A program made the translations under genes and the position numbers. Below, piece by piece: positions 62,401 to 64,000 of a DNA stretch of 64,000 bases (its first letter is position 1; the number at the start of each line of letters is the position of its first letter). This stretch comes from Chiloscyllium plagiosum (taxonomy: Eukaryota), in the NCBI RefSeq assembly GCF_004010195.1, contig NC_057719.1, positions 15,456,589-15,520,588 of the forward strand. Direction: 5' to 3'. The notes under the pieces were generated by a model. It made no database searches. It was not told the DNA's origin and worked only from the letters and a program-made list of their open reading frames with translations.

Positions 62401-64000
62401 ATTAACTACGATCGGATAACAAATTTAGGTGATAAACATAGTTACACATATGGAGGCAGTGATATTTTGAAGACTATATTTGGTTCAGCAAATTCTTTAT
62501 GTAAAGTCATGTTGTTTGCCCATTCCATTTATCAGAGGAAAGTTTCCATTATTATTCATCAATACCTGAGGCTGTTTGAAGTACATCATCATATCTAAAA
62601 TCTTCTGAGTACTTCATTTTAAATGTGCTTTAGCTGGATAATCAGAACAGAAAAATGACTAAGAAGTCTATGGAAAAGCTGTACTTGAGTGTAAAAGTTT
62701 CATTCCCCTAAAGAGGCATATCGACCAACCTTAGCTGATCCGGCATACACAGCTTGAAGCTTGCATAATAGGTTAACTTCTAATGCTGTCTAGCAAGTAA
62801 CACACTTACTTCAAGAATGTTCATCACTAGTTCATCTTAGGGTAACTAAGGATGTCTGGTAAGTGTGCACTTTGCCTACATCACACAAGTTCCAAGAGCA
62901 AGTGTAACTTTGAAAGAGGATTACTTGGGAAGCAATATCTTATCTCAAAAAGCTAAAGGTAAGTACCGATGAGAATCCTTGTTCTGTCAGTCTAGGTCAG
63001 CCTTTGAAATATTATTGTTGTCCTTGTGAAATCATCTTGAATGACTCCAGAATTTTTCAACCAGGAGCTGAAATGGTGCCACCACAGAAGTGCTAGAGTA
63101 CCAATGGCAATGATAGCCTGTGTCTAAAGTCAGTTAACAGTGCAAACTGGAAATAAATCCGGAAATAATCCTCGATTTGTACAGCTCAGCTTGTCACTAC
63201 ATAAACTTAATAAGCTAAACAACTGACTTTGAAATCAAATATTCAAGTTTTTAAAAATCTATATTTTTATAAGAAACATAGATTGGTACTGTTGACTAAA
63301 AATAAAATTGTTTCTAAATTCACAGGTCTCATAGACCAGTTATGCTCTCTGTAAACTTTGTGATGATGACTGCTTAACTCATGCCTGAAAGTTTTATTGG
63401 ACTTCGCCCAGTTCCACAGAATGGCAGCTGTAATTCTACCCATTGTAGAATCTAAGTGGTAAATTCATGTTTTAATGTTCATGAGTACAGCAGTTTTGTT
63501 ATTTTTAGTCACTAATTCTACTATATAAACATTGTAATTTAGGGAAAAATGTAAACAAATTTAAAAAGATCTAACCAAAAGGTTGTGGTCCCTGAAGATC
63601 TCATGTGTTTTTGCTTTCTCCCAATAAAAGTATTATGGATTTTGTAGTTAGTTTTGCTATTACTACTAGATTTCTTCTGACCTTTCATTTAGTTTCCTCA
63701 TATTTTGTTTTGAAAAGAAAAACTCTAACATTAAACACTGTCGAGTTTTAAGATATTGAGGGCAAACTATGTTAGCATCCAAAATAACCATGAATTGAAA
63801 TGCGTGATGCAAGATGAATTGCTGTTCATTTCAATTATTTCAACGTACATCTTCATTAACTTGCTTTTGATTGACTAGGTGCATCAAAAGAAGACCAGTG
63901 TTGCAAAGGGGAGGTCTATTGTGTTTGGAGTGCATTTGTCAGTCTTGTTAGAAATGACTGATTTGTGTAAAATTTAACAATGATACAAAATAGGAAAGTG

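Noticed and set aside
59000..64000. Exons of a neighbouring gene
   Set aside because: No recognisable coding exon on either strand.
1..64000. CRISPR arrays, operons or other prokaryotic systems; remaining short ORFs
   Set aside because: This is eukaryotic intron-rich DNA with no repeat-spacer array. The other short ORFs are antisense or off-frame reads of repeats, or random.

Overview
Vertebrate genomic DNA, almost certainly from a shark or other elasmobranch (HE1-type and Deu-domain SINEs, abundant CR1 LINEs, Penelope-like repeats). The window holds the 3' part of YLPM1 (ZAP3) on the + strand. Ten coding exons with canonical GT-AG sites lie between 5645 and 55981 and splice into an open frame of about 371 aa. 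That frame contains a P-loop kinase-like domain (GLPGSGKT) and the C-terminal PP1-docking KKRVRW motif. A further intron lies in the 3' UTR, followed by a non-coding terminal exon at about 58619-58985. The introns are filled with nested mobile elements: a young CR1 5' end (esterase ORF1 plus open endonuclease frame), a Gmr1-like Gypsy LTR element with SCAN-like Gag and a tRNA-Pro PBS, a related solo LTR, a Mag-like Gypsy remnant, Penelope-like fragments carrying minimal hammerhead-ribozyme motifs, SINEs, a TA-flanked MITE and a ~170-bp palindrome. I found no clearly novel protein-coding system. The best leads are the hammerhead-bearing Penelope-derived inserts, the rearranged Gmr1/SCAN element and possible splicing control of the YLPM1 C-terminus. 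Repeat boundaries are approximate, and family names come from recognition rather than a database search.
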